From an uncultured Actinomycetes bacterium (GTDB lineage Bacteria; Actinomycetota; Thermoleophilia; UBA2241), in assembly GCA_963755025.1 (NCBI GenBank), contig CAVWIH010000034.1, positions 128,001 through 192,000 on the forward strand: a stretch of 64,000 nt of DNA, written 5' to 3'. The notes beneath the pieces were generated by a model, which was not told the DNA's origin, did no database searches, and saw nothing but the letters and a program-made list of their open reading frames with translations. Position 1 is the stretch's first letter. The number at the start of each line of letters is the position of its first letter. Shown here piece after piece: positions 8,994 to 18,837 of this stretch. A program made the position numbers and the translations under genes.

Positions 8994-9160
8994 TGGTCCC
9001 TCCGGTCGTGATCTTGCCGTGCCTGGCGCTCACGCGCACCTGGATGTCGCCGAGGCCGCGCGAGATCGACTGGTCGATGCCCAACGCGCTCGTCCCGACG
9101 CCCACGCCGCCGGCACTACCGCCGCGCGCTTCACGGTCGCGGTGAGGTCGCCGTGGTCAT
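8994..9160 (-). pseudogene. Possible remnant of an FMN-binding (flavinylated) domain gene
   Basis: AAGGAGG RBS + ATG 9160 then an early stop; another frame reads GLGDIQVRVSARHGKIT, like the FMN_bind strand motif; lies between the reductase and apbE. Confidence 0.35.
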
Positions 9161-9183
9161 GCGTGACCCTCCTTGCGCGCGCA

Positions 9184-10620
9184 CTAGAACTCGAAGTCTT
9201 CGTGATGGATGCGCTCGCTGCGCACCCCGAGCCGGCGGGCCTGGGCGATGAGCTGCTTCATGAAGCCGCTGGGGCCGCAGACGTACAGGTCGCGGGCGGC
9301 GATGTCGGGCACGAGGCGCTGCAGGCGGCCGGCGTCGAGAGGCTGCTCGGCGCGCGGGCCCACGATCTCGTGCAGGCGCCCGCCGCGCACCCCGACCAGC
9401 TGCGTGATCTCGTCGCGCAGCACGAGGTCGTGGGCCGAAGAGCCGCGCAGCAGCACGACCACGTCGACGTGCCGCGGCAGGTCTTCGAGCATGGCCCGCA
9501 CCGGCGTCGCGCCGACACCGGCGGCCACCAGCAGCACCCGGTCGGTGTCGCGGGCGTAGCGCGTGAAGGCGCCGTAGGGCCCCTCGATCGCCACGGCCGT
9601 GCCCGGCTTGAGCCGGGCCAGCGCCGAGCTGTGCTCGCCGGCCGCTTTGACCGTGATGCGCATCTCGTTGCCGCCGGGCAGCGCCGAGACCGAGTAGGGG
9701 TGCGCCCGCCACCACAGGCCGCGGGTGAGAAAGCGGAAGTTCATGAACTGCCCGCCGACGATCGGCAGCCGGTCGAGATGATGGCCGCGCACCACCAGAC
9801 TGATCACGCCGGGCGACTCCTGCTCGACGCGCGCCACCCTGAGGCGGTGGCTCAGGCTGCGCACGGTCGGCAGGCCGAAGCGGTAGCAGAGCACGACGCC
9901 GGCGGTCAGCAGCCAGAGGCCGATCCAGTAGGCGCGCGCCAGCGGGTGACCGATGAACGGCGTGCCGGTGTCGATCTGGTGGCTGAAGGCGATGGCCGCG
10001 CCGAGGTACATGTACAGGTGGACCGTCCACCAGGTCTCGTAGCGCAGGTGTTTGCGCACGTTGCGGTACGAGGTCACGCCGGCCACGACGATCAGGCCCA
10101 GGCCGACGACCGCGCCGAGCATGCCGGGGAAGTGCGTGATCAGCGTGGCGAGCTCGTGCAGCAGGCCCGTCTTGACGCCTTGCGCGTAGCCCAGGGTGAT
10201 GAACAGGGCGTGGGCGACCAGCAAGATGATGACCCAGGGGCCGAGACGACGGTGCCAGCGCACGAGGGCGTCTTGACCGAGGGCCCGTTCGATCGCCGGT
10301 ATGCGCCCGACGAGCAGCACGGTGACCAGCAACAGGTAGGTGCCCAGCATGCCGGTCAGGCGGCCGATGGCCGTGGCCAGGCCGCCGGGAGCCACCAGGT
10401 CGTGCGGCGAGAGGGTGGGCAGCACGAGCCCCATGGTGACGATCGCACCGAGCAGGGTGAGGGTGCGGAAGATCCGCGTCCACATCATGTGCGGCCTCGG
10501 CAGCGCGCGGGCTCGCGTGCCGCTGCGCTCGCCGACGCGCCGCCTGCCGAGCTCGTCGGCGAGTGCGCCGGTGTCCCACTCATCACTCAAGGTCCTGTCG
10601 ACCTCCTCCGCGCGGGCCAC
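9184..10620 (-). CDS. Ferric reductase-like transmembrane / FAD-NAD(P)H-binding oxidoreductase
   Basis: TM His motifs (RWHRRLG, VAHAL, WWTVHLYMY, FSHQ), HPYSVS, IEGPYG, AAGVGATP, YVCGP, ends HHEDFEF-TAG. Confidence 0.88.
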   Translation of the reverse strand: MARAEEVDRTLSDEWDTGALADELGRRRVGERSGTRARALPRPHMMWTRIFRTLTLLGAIVTMGLVLPTLSPHDLVAPGGLATAIGRLTGMLGTYLLLVTVLLVGRIPAIERALGQDALVRWHRRLGPWVIILLVAHALFITLGYAQGVKTGLLHELATLITHFPGMLGAVVGLGLIVVAGVTSYRNVRKHLRYETWWTVHLYMYLGAAIAFSHQIDTGTPFIGHPLARAYWIGLWLLTAGVVLCYRFGLPTVRSLSHRLRVARVEQESPGVISLVVRGHHLDRLPIVGGQFMNFRFLTRGLWWRAHPYSVSALPGGNEMRITVKAAGEHSSALARLKPGTAVAIEGPYGAFTRYARDTDRVLLVAAGVGATPVRAMLEDLPRHVDVVVLLRGSSAHDLVLRDEITQLVGVRGGRLHEIVGPRAEQPLDAGRLQRLVPDIAARDLYVCGPSGFMKQLIAQARRLGVRSERIHHEDFEF

Positions 10621-10734
10621 AGCCCGCGCGACCCGTCTTGCCGGTCACTGACTTCCTCGTAGATGGCCGGTGAACATGAAGAGGTCATGAAGAACCGCTG
10701 TGGACTGCCTGAGAATCGCGCGTGAGGCGGTGCT

Positions 10735-11010
10735 TCAGAGGGCGATCAGGATGACTTCGTCGCTCAGCATCGAGACGCGCACCTTGTCTTGCACGCCCAT
10801 CGTGCGGATGGCTTTTCTCAGGGCCGAACGCACCGTCTCGGGTTTGCGCCCGATCTTGGCGACGTCAACGTCCATGGCCGGCTCGCCGGCGGCCATGAAG
10901 GCCGTGATCAGGTCGGGATAGAAGGTCGATGCCGTGCGCCCCCGGCGCCGCACCAGTGTCGCCGGGTCTCTGGGCTTCAAATAGTCACCGGGATTCATCT
11001 TCTTTGCCAT
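10735..11010 (-). CDS. Small basic hypothetical protein (91 aa), possibly nucleic-acid binding
   Basis: MAKKMNPGDYLKPRDP...; GGAGGGT RBS; host-like codon usage. Confidence 0.65.
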   Translation of the reverse strand: MAKKMNPGDYLKPRDPATLVRRRGRTASTFYPDLITAFMAAGEPAMDVDVAKIGRKPETVRSALRKAIRTMGVQDKVRVSMLSDEVILIAL

Positions 11011-11121
11011 GCGACCCTCCACCATCGGGAAACGACCGTCGCTGTTCTTACCACAGTTCCGTCTACGCTGAACCGCCACCTTGCTTTTGCAGCGCCACGC
11101 TCGCGAGGTAGCATGCCCTCC

Positions 11122-11625
11122 ATGAGTGCGACCATCAGACCCTGCTCGGCCGACGACCTCGACGACGTCCTTGCGGTCGTCAACGCAGCGGCCACCGCCT
11201 ACGCCGGCGTCATCCCGCCCGACCGATATCACGAGCCCTACATGGGCGCCGGCGAGTTGCGCGCCGAGATCGCGGCCGGCGTGCGGTTCTGGGTGACGAT
11301 CGAGGGTGGCCGGCTGATCGCCGCGATGGGAGTCCAGGACGTCGACGACGTGACCCTCATCAGGCACGCCTACGTGCTGCCCGGGCGGCAGCGCGGCGGG
11401 GTCGGGGGCGAGCTTCTGTCCCATCTGCGGGGCCTGGCGGTCATGCCGGTGCTCGTGGGCACCTGGGCCGACGCCTCGTGGGCCATCCGCTTTTACGAGC
11501 GCCACGGGTTCTGCCTCGTCGCGCCACCCGAGAAGGATCGTCTCCTGCGCCGCTACTGGGACATCCCGGAGCGCCAGGTCGAGACCTCGGTGGTGCTGCG
11601 CGCGACAGGCGAGGCGGACCGCTAA
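11122..11625 (+). CDS. GNAT family N-acetyltransferase
   Basis: IRHAYVLPGRQRGGVG acetyl-CoA motif A; AIRFYERHGF. Confidence 0.85.
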   Translation: MSATIRPCSADDLDDVLAVVNAAATAYAGVIPPDRYHEPYMGAGELRAEIAAGVRFWVTIEGGRLIAAMGVQDVDDVTLIRHAYVLPGRQRGGVGGELLSHLRGLAVMPVLVGTWADASWAIRFYERHGFCLVAPPEKDRLLRRYWDIPERQVETSVVLRATGEADR

Positions 11626-12788
11626 GGGGCGAAGCGCACCGCGACGTCGACGGCGTCGGGTGAGGCGAAGCGCGCGAGGCGCTCGCCCGAACGGGCGAGC
11701 GCCTCGCGCGCTTCGCCCGGCAGCTCGGCCAGGGGCCTGACAACCACGGTCGCCGCCCCCGGCTCGCGCTCGAGCGCCCAGGTGGCCGCCGCGAATCCGT
11801 CGAGCAGCACCGCTGGGCCTATACGCCGCTGGTTCCAGTAGATCGCGTCGTGCAGCCCCGCCGGCACGACGCGCTCGGCGTCGACGTAGGCGAGAAGGAT
11901 GTTGTCCCACGCGGGCAGGAACGTGGGAGGGGCCGGGCTGGCGGCGCGGGGCAGGGCGCCCTGGGGCAGCGCCGCTCGCTCGAGGTCGAGCAGCTCGCGA
12001 CCGCGCTCGTCGCGCAGGCGGCGCAGGCGGGGACCAAGGCCCTGCACCGCCGCGCCCAGGCGGGTCACGCCCGACCAGCGCTGCAGGTCGGCCAGCCGGG
12101 CCGGGCCGAAGGCGGCCAGGTAGCGTGTCACGAGGGCGCCCGGGCCGGCGGGTGGGAGATCGCGCTCGAGCCAGACGACGGCGTCGATCAGCGTCGGGTT
12201 GCCGGGCACCCCCCAGGGCACGCCGGCCACGGGCACCTGCAGCAGCGGCAGGTGCGCTCGCACCGCGATCGACAGGGCTTCGGCGTCGGTTCCCGGGTAG
12301 AGCTCGTGCAGCAGGTCGCGCAGCTCGCGCGCCGAGTGGGGCTCGGCGAACCACGGCCGGGCGACGGCGGCCACCTCGGCGAGCGCCACGCCGGGCGCGC
12401 GGCGGCGCAGCACGGCTTCGGCCCAAGCGGTGAGGGTGGGTTGCAGCGCCGGCCGCAGCACGAGGTAGTCGGCGGCGCTCACCACGTGCTGGGTGGCGCG
12501 CATGAGCGTGCCCTTGACCAGTACGCGCCGCAGCAGAAGGCCGGCGAGCTGCTCGCGGCGCAGGCCGGGCAGGCGCGTCCAGAGGCCGATGGCGGCGGCC
12601 CGCGAGTCTTGCGACTGCAGGCCGCCGATGCGCTCGACGGCGCGCACCACGGCGGCGTCGCGCGCCGCCCGCCGCGCCGCCTCGGGCGCCGTCGATGCGG
12701 GGTCGCGCGCCGCCGCGCGCGGCGGCAGGAGCTGCCGCGCCAGGGTCGCCCGGTTGAGCGCCTGCATCGTGAGGGTGTGGCCGGTCAT
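11622..12788 (-). CDS. AlkZ/YcaQ-like winged-helix DNA glycosylase (HTH_42)
   Basis: LNRATLARQLL, GLQSQD (QxQ), LWTRL, MRATQH, RYLAAFGPA, FLPAWDNILL. Confidence 0.85.
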   Translation of the reverse strand: MTGHTLTMQALNRATLARQLLPPRAAARDPASTAPEAARRAARDAAVVRAVERIGGLQSQDSRAAAIGLWTRLPGLRREQLAGLLLRRVLVKGTLMRATQHVVSAADYLVLRPALQPTLTAWAEAVLRRRAPGVALAEVAAVARPWFAEPHSARELRDLLHELYPGTDAEALSIAVRAHLPLLQVPVAGVPWGVPGNPTLIDAVVWLERDLPPAGPGALVTRYLAAFGPARLADLQRWSGVTRLGAAVQGLGPRLRRLRDERGRELLDLERAALPQGALPRAASPAPPTFLPAWDNILLAYVDAERVVPAGLHDAIYWNQRRIGPAVLLDGFAAATWALEREPGAATVVVRPLAELPGEAREALARSGERLARFASPDAVDVAVRFAP

Positions 12789-12832
12789 GATCGCGCCTCG
12801 TTCCTACCCGCTGCGGGCCGTCGCTGTGCCAT

Positions 12833-13657
12833 CTAGAGCGCGGCCGAGCGTTCGCTCCCCACGGCAGCCTTTCGCGCCACGATCAGCCAGGCGCAGCCGT
12901 TCATCACTTCGTGCTCGGCGGCGTCGCTCACACCCTGTGGCAGCGGCGGTACGGGTTCGACGAACCCGGGGTTTATGCGCTGCAGGGCACGTCTGCGCCA
13001 GCCGGTCGGCGCCCCGGCGCCGAAACCCTCGTCGCCCCAGGCCACCAAGGCGTCCGGCTTTGCCACCCTGACAAACTCGTCCAGGGCGCGGCCCGGCTCG
13101 CTGAAGAGCTTGACGCCACCGAAGTGAAAGACGGCGTCGAACGAGTCGTCGACGAATGGCAGGTACGACGCGTTGGCCTGAATGAGCAGCGGGTCCAACC
13201 GGTTCCGGCGGCCGCGCCGCGAACAGGCGCGCAGCATGCCGAGCGAGAGGTCGAGCTCGGCGAGGCTTCAGGATGTTCCGATGCGGTCGGCGAGCAGCTT
13301 CTGGTAGACGCCCGGACCGGGAGAGACCTCGAGCACGCGCATACCGGGCTGCAGTTCGAGACGTTCGACGATCGCGGCTCTCTCGCGCAAGGTGCGGACG
13401 CCGAAAAGGCGTCCGCCGAGCCGCTCGTTCACGTCGTAGAGGGGCGCCAGGCGATCGTAGAGGCTGTTCATGCGAGCGTCGCGACTCATCATGCGCTCGG
13501 GCCAGACCAGCCTCACGATGCCCTCGCCGGCGTCGACCGGGTGTCCGCCGCGGCAGCGCAAGCTCGTTGCGGCGCGCGAAGGGTCGCCGGCGGTGGCGCC
13601 GAGGAGCTCGCCGTCGCGGGGGCACCGCAGGATGTCGAGCCAGGCCTGTGTCGACAT
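12833..13657 (-). CDS. Class I SAM-dependent methyltransferase, frameshift near 13270
   Basis: Trm112-like LRCPRD N-terminus, VLEVSPGPG motif I, continues in another frame DLSLGML...LPFVDDSFDAVFHFGG. Confidence 0.7.
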
Positions 13658-13683
13658 GGCGCCTTCCTTTCGTCGAGACGTAT

Positions 13684-13729
13684 CTTACAGCGTAAGGCTA
13701 CCTTGCGATGCTAGAGCTTGCGCTGTAAG
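13684..13729. promoter_or_regulatory. Two TetR-type operator palindromes between the divergent methyltransferase and tetR genes
   Basis: CTTACAGCGTAAG (13684-96) and CTTGCGCTGTAAG (13717-29), near reverse complements of each other. Confidence 0.7.
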
Positions 13730-13738
13730 GTGTCAACC

Positions 13739-14419
13739 ATGGAGTCGCCCAAAGAACCGACAGCGGGTCATCGCAGCCGCTCCGCGCGTCCGCCGCTCTC
13801 CGCCGGGCGCATCGCCCAGTGCGCGATCGCTCTGGCCGACGAGGAAGGCCTTGAGACGCTCAGCATGCGCCGCCTGGCCGACAGGCTCGGCGTCGAGGCC
13901 ATGTCGCTGTACCACCACGTGCCGTCCAAAGCCGCGCTGCTCGAAGCGATGTCCGATCGGCTGGGTGACGCGCTCCCCGTGCCTGCGGCGGGGGAGTGGC
14001 GCGGATCGCTGCTCGCGGCGGCCCGCTCATGGCGCGACCTCGCCCGGCAACATCCGGGGGCGTTTCCTCTGCTGGCGACCCGCGCTACGTCCGGCAAGGC
14101 CCTGCTCGACCGCGTGACGATCCTCATCGTCGGGCTCCAGGAGGCAGGATTCACACCGGCCGCGAGCGCCCGGGCCATGTCCTCGTTCATCTGCTCGCTC
14201 AACGGCTTCCTGCTGGCCGCCGGTGCTCCGGCGCTCTTTCGCGATCTGCCCGAACCCGCGATCGACGACTATCGGTTCGACGGGGGCCGCGCCCCGCTCG
14301 GCGACATACCGCTTGAGGCGTGGGTCCTCACCAACGACGCGGCCTTTGAGTTTAACGTGACGATGCTGCTCGACGGGCTGCAAGCGGCGTTGGATCGGGG
14401 CGACCCGGCCACGGCCTGA
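13739..14419 (+). CDS. TetR/AcrR family regulator (TetR_C type)
   Basis: LSMRRLADRLGVEAMSLYHHVPSK HTH. Confidence 0.9.
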   Translation: MESPKEPTAGHRSRSARPPLSAGRIAQCAIALADEEGLETLSMRRLADRLGVEAMSLYHHVPSKAALLEAMSDRLGDALPVPAAGEWRGSLLAAARSWRDLARQHPGAFPLLATRATSGKALLDRVTILIVGLQEAGFTPAASARAMSSFICSLNGFLLAAGAPALFRDLPEPAIDDYRFDGGRAPLGDIPLEAWVLTNDAAFEFNVTMLLDGLQAALDRGDPATA

Positions 14420-14484
14420 GACGGCCGATGACGCCACTCCCTCGTCGGGCGGGCATACTCCCTTGTCATATACTGGAGGCCAGC

Positions 14485-15264
14485 GTGCTGCACCACTCCG
14501 ACATCGGCGTCTCGACGGGCGCGTTCTCCGAGCTCTCGCTCGCCGACGCCCTGCTGCGCATCGCCGCGCTGGCGCCCGCCGCCGAGGTCTTCTCGTACGG
14601 CCGGCACTCGCTGCTCGAGCCGGGCAACGCGCTCGCCGTGGCGGCCGTCGGGCTGCCGTTCAGCGTACACGGCCCCTTCACCCACGCCGAGTTCGCCACG
14701 ACCTCGGGCGTCAAGCACCGCGCCGCGCTCGACCTGCATCGCCGCCACATGGCGGTCGCGGCCGAGCTCGGCGCCTTTCTCTATATCGTCCACCCCGACC
14801 TCCACCACCGGCCGCGGCCCTGGAACCCCAAGGTGGCGGCCGCCCTGGAACGCTCGTTCGACGAGCTGCACGGCCTGCAGGAGACCTACGGCCTCGAGGT
14901 GGCGGTCGAGAACATGCCGATCGCTCGCCACTCGCACTTCACAAAGCCCGGCGACCTCGACCTGCGCGGCCTGGGGCTCGTGCTCGACACGGGCCACGCC
15001 GCTCTCACGGGTACGCTGGCCGAGTGGCTGTCGGAGCCGCAGGCCAATCTGCGCCACGTGCACCTCCACGACAACGGCGGCCGCGGCCACGGCGACCGCC
15101 ACCAGCCGCTGGGCAGCGGCGTCGTCGACGTCGCCCCGGTGCTGGCCGCGGCGCGCGCCGCCGGCGCGACCATCGCCCTCGAGCTCACCAACGAGGCCGA
15201 CGTGGTGGCGAGCCTTGCCTATCTGCGCGCCCACGATCACCTGTTGCCGCTCGCCGCAGGATAG
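14485..15264 (+). CDS. Sugar phosphate isomerase/epimerase (xylose isomerase-like TIM barrel)
   Basis: SVHGPF, IVHP, AVENMP, LDTGHA, HVHLHDN, DRHQPLGSG; GGAGG RBS. Confidence 0.8.
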   Translation: MLHHSDIGVSTGAFSELSLADALLRIAALAPAAEVFSYGRHSLLEPGNALAVAAVGLPFSVHGPFTHAEFATTSGVKHRAALDLHRRHMAVAAELGAFLYIVHPDLHHRPRPWNPKVAAALERSFDELHGLQETYGLEVAVENMPIARHSHFTKPGDLDLRGLGLVLDTGHAALTGTLAEWLSEPQANLRHVHLHDNGGRGHGDRHQPLGSGVVDVAPVLAAARAAGATIALELTNEADVVASLAYLRAHDHLLPLAAG

Positions 15265-15277
15265 ACTGAACAACGAC

Positions 15278-17131
15278 ATGGACCCACGGGACACTCCCAG
15301 CGCCACCGCGACCGCCGACGCCGAACGGCTCAGGCAGCGCATCCGGTTCCTCGAAGACATCGAGCCCTTCAACGGTCTCAGCAAGCTCGAGCTCGAACGG
15401 GTGGCGCGCTCCATCGTCGAACGCGTCGCCGAGCCCGGCGAGGCGGTGCTCGTCGAGAGCGGCGTGCCCGGCACCGAGCTCTACGTGGTCTACGAAGGCA
15501 CGCTCGAACTCGTGCACAAAGAGGCGGTCGTCGCCCTCATCACGCGCGGCGAGGTCTTTGGCCACCCCAGCCTGCTCACCGGGCTGCCGCCCGAGTTCAC
15601 CACGCGGGCCAACAGCAGAGCCGTGCTGTACTGCATCCCCAAAGACGCGGCCTTCGACCTGCTCAGCCACCCCGAGGGGCTCATGTGGCTGGCCGGCAAC
15701 CAGCGCGAACGCCTCATTCAGGCGACGCGCGCCATGCGCGCGCTGCCCGACGTGCGCAACCGGCCGGTGACCTCGCTGGTGCGCAGCGCTCCCCTGTTCT
15801 GCGACTCCGACACGCCCATTCGCGAGGCCGCCCGCATGCTCTCCGACGCCAAGCGCAGCGCCATGCTCGTGCGCCTGCGCGACGGCCTGGGGATAGTCAC
15901 CGACGTCGACTTTCGCGACAAGGTCGTGCTCCTGGGCATATCGCGCGACGAGCCGGTCACCAAGATCATGACCTCGCCGGTGCACACCATCGGCGCCGAG
16001 GTCCTGGCGCCCGAGGCGAGCATCGCCATGATGGCCTCGGGGGTCAACCACCTGCCGGTGCTCGACGCCGAGGGCGACGTGGTCGGCATCCTCTCGGCCA
16101 GCAACCTCATGACGCTCGACTCGCGCAGCCCGTTCGCGCTGCGCCGCTCGCTGCAGACGTCGGCCACGCAGGAAGACCTGGTAAAGGCCGCCGCCGACGT
16201 ACCCCACCTGTTCGTCGACTTGCTCGAAGCGCACCTCGACGCGCCGGCGGTCATGCGCGTGCTGACCGTGCTCTCCGACGCCATGACGGCGCGCCTGATC
16301 GAGCTCTCGGTCGCCGCCCACGGCCGGCCGCCGGTGCCCTTTGCCTGGCTTGCCTTCGGCAGCTGCGCGCGCAGCGAGCTCACGCTCGCCTCAGACCAGG
16401 ACAACGGCCTGGCGTACGCCGACACCGACGACCCCGCCGTCGACGAGTACTACCGGGTCATGGCCGAAGAGGTCAACGAAGGCCTCGCGCGCTGCGGCTT
16501 TGCCCTCGACCCGCACGGCGTGCTGGCGCGCTACCGGCAGTGGCGCATGACGCTGTCGCAGTGGCAGCGCGTGTTCGCCGACTGTCTCGAGGGCGGCGAC
16601 ATCGAGCGCCTGGCGCGCGCCAGCGTGGCCTTCGACTTTCGCCAGGTGGCCGGCGAGCTCTACATCGACCTGGTGCTCACCGAGACCATGCGCGAGGCGC
16701 CCGAGCACAAGGGCTTCATGCGCGGTCTGGCCCAGCTCGGCACGCGCACCCGCCTGCCGCTCGGCTTTCGGCAGCGCATCGAGGGCAGCTTCGACATCAA
16801 AAAGCACGGCCTCGTGCCCATCCAGAACCTGGCGCGCTACTACGCCTTCGGGCGCGGCATCAGCGCGCACTCCACCGTCGAGCGCCTGATCGCGGTGCGC
16901 GAGTCCGACGGCGAAGAGACGGTGGCCGAGCGCTCGCTGCGCGAGGCCTACACGAGCATGGCGCACCTGCAGCTGCGCCACCACGCCTACGCCATCCGTA
17001 ACGGCGTGCCGCTCGACAACGTCATCGACGTGAGCACGCTGCGTCCCCTCACCAAGGTCACCCTGCAAGAGGCCATGCGCGAGGTGGCCGCCGTGCAGAG
17101 CCGCTTCCCGCGCCTCGCCGCCCTGCGCTGA
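15278..17131 (+). CDS. cNMP-binding/CBS/DUF294 putative nucleotidyltransferase signalling protein
   Basis: GEVFG cNMP domain, CBS pair (GIVTDVDFR, NHLPV), AFGSCARSELTLASDQDN NTase motif, DIKKHGL. Confidence 0.88.
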   Translation: MDPRDTPSATATADAERLRQRIRFLEDIEPFNGLSKLELERVARSIVERVAEPGEAVLVESGVPGTELYVVYEGTLELVHKEAVVALITRGEVFGHPSLLTGLPPEFTTRANSRAVLYCIPKDAAFDLLSHPEGLMWLAGNQRERLIQATRAMRALPDVRNRPVTSLVRSAPLFCDSDTPIREAARMLSDAKRSAMLVRLRDGLGIVTDVDFRDKVVLLGISRDEPVTKIMTSPVHTIGAEVLAPEASIAMMASGVNHLPVLDAEGDVVGILSASNLMTLDSRSPFALRRSLQTSATQEDLVKAAADVPHLFVDLLEAHLDAPAVMRVLTVLSDAMTARLIELSVAAHGRPPVPFAWLAFGSCARSELTLASDQDNGLAYADTDDPAVDEYYRVMAEEVNEGLARCGFALDPHGVLARYRQWRMTLSQWQRVFADCLEGGDIERLARASVAFDFRQVAGELYIDLVLTETMREAPEHKGFMRGLAQLGTRTRLPLGFRQRIEGSFDIKKHGLVPIQNLARYYAFGRGISAHSTVERLIAVRESDGEETVAERSLREAYTSMAHLQLRHHAYAIRNGVPLDNVIDVSTLRPLTKVTLQEAMREVAAVQSRFPRLAALR

Positions 17132-17165
17132 CGAGCCTGCCCGCGGCAGTCGAGCGCCGGCAGTC

Positions 17166-18600
17166 GTGAGCAGGGGTCCGGGCGACGACACCCCGCCGCC
17201 GGGCGGCGACTCGCCCCCAGGTCAGGGCCCGCCCGCCGACCGCGACGACGACTTCGGCGTCTTCGACGAAGCCGGGCGCCTGGCGCCGGCGCCGCCCATA
17301 GCGCCGCGCGAGCCCGGCCGCTCGGCGCGCCTCCTGCGCCACGTCGTCCTCGACGTCGGCCCGCTGCGCCGCCACCGCGACTTTCGCCTGCTGTGGTTCG
17401 GGCGGGCGGTCTCGCTGCTGGGCTCCATGGTCACCTACGTGGCGATCCCCTATCAGGCCTACCAGATCAGTCACTCCTCGCTGATCGTCGGCCTCGTGAG
17501 CGCCGCCGCCCTGGTGCCGCTGCTGACGATGGCCCTGGTCGGCGGCGCCTTCGCCGACGCCCTCGACCGGCGCCGGCTGGTGCTGATCACCGAGGTCGCC
17601 TTTGCCGGCGCTTCGGCCCTGCTGGTCGCCAACGCGACGCTGTGGCGCCCGCACCTGTGGGTCCTGTTCGTGGTGGCGGCGCTCATGGCGGCGCTCGACG
17701 GCCTGCAGCGGCCGCCGCTCGACGCCCTGCTGCCGCGCCTCGTCGACCGCGACGAGCTCGTCGCCGCCGGCGCGCTGTCGAGTCTGCGCGGTACGGTCGG
17801 CACCATCGCCGGGCCGGCGCTCGGCGGCCTGCTGATCGCCGCCGCCGGCGTGGGGGGCGGCCTACGCCTTCGACGTCGCCACCTTCGTCGTGTCGGTCGT
17901 GGTGCTCACCCTCATGCACGCCGTACCGCCGCCCGCCGACGCCGAGCCGCCCAGCCTGCGGAGCATCCTCGGCGGCCTGCGCTACGCGGCGAGCCGCCAG
18001 GAGCTGATCGGCACCTACAGCGTCGACATCGTCGCCATGTTCTTCGGCATGCCCGAGGCGCTGTTCCCGGCGCTCGCCCAGCACCTCGGCGGCGCCTCCG
18101 CCCTGGGGCTGCTCTTCGCGGCGCCCGAGGTGGGCTCGTTGCTGGCCACCATCACGAGCGGCTGGACGGCGCGCGTGCATCGCCACGGCGTCGCGGTCTG
18201 CCTGGCGGCGGCGGGCTGGGGGGTGGGCATCACCCTGCTGGGCTTCGCGCCCGGCCTGGCGCTGGCCGTGGCCGCGCTCGTGATCGCCGGCTTCTTCGAC
18301 ATGATCAGCGGCATCTTCCGCATGGTCATCTGGAACCAGACGATCCCCGACCGCCTGCGCGGCCGCCTGGCCGGCATCGAGCAGATCTCGTACTCGAGCG
18401 GTCCGCTGCTGGGCGACGTCGAGTCGGGCGTGGTGGCGTCGCTGGCCGGCGTGCGCGCCTCGATCGCCTCGGGCGGCATCCTGTGCGTCGCCGGCGTCGC
18501 CGTGGCGGCGACCCTGCTGCGCGGCTTCTGGCGCTACGACTCGCGGCAAGCGGCGCCCGAAGCGCCGCCGCCCGCTGCGCCGGGCGGCGCCTCGCTGTGA
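17166..18600 (+). CDS. MFS transporter (EntS-like), frameshift in G-run near 17852
   Basis: DFRLLW, GAFADALDRRR, then second frame IPDRLRGRLAG. Confidence 0.8.
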
Positions 18601-18603
18601 TCT

Positions 18604-18693
18604 GGCGCTGCGCCTCGCCGTGACCCGGCGCTGCGCCTCGCCGTGACCGGCGCTGCGCCTCGCCGTGACCCGGCGCTACGCCTCGCCGTGACC
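18604..18693. repeat. Tandem repeat, 4 x 22-23 bp
   Basis: Unit GGCGCTGCGCCTCGCCGTGACC(C), no spacers; a partial copy overlaps the MFS stop codon. Confidence 0.85.
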
Positions 18694-18837
18694 TGAAGCC
18701 TGGCCCCGCTCGGCGCGCCGCGCGTGACCCGCCGCGGCGCATCGTGGACTTGCCGTCTTTCTGAACTTATTGTGTCAGTGGCGTCTGCGTCGTCGAAGCG
18801 CGGAGCCACCCCACGGTAGCGAATCAGGGGAGGACTG

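Noticed and set aside
18604-18693. CRISPR array
   Set aside because: Repeats are contiguous with no unique spacers, and no cas genes are nearby
18700-18837. Cobalamin riboswitch upstream of the corrinoid genes
   Set aside because: No recognisable B12-box or conserved core, and the region is short
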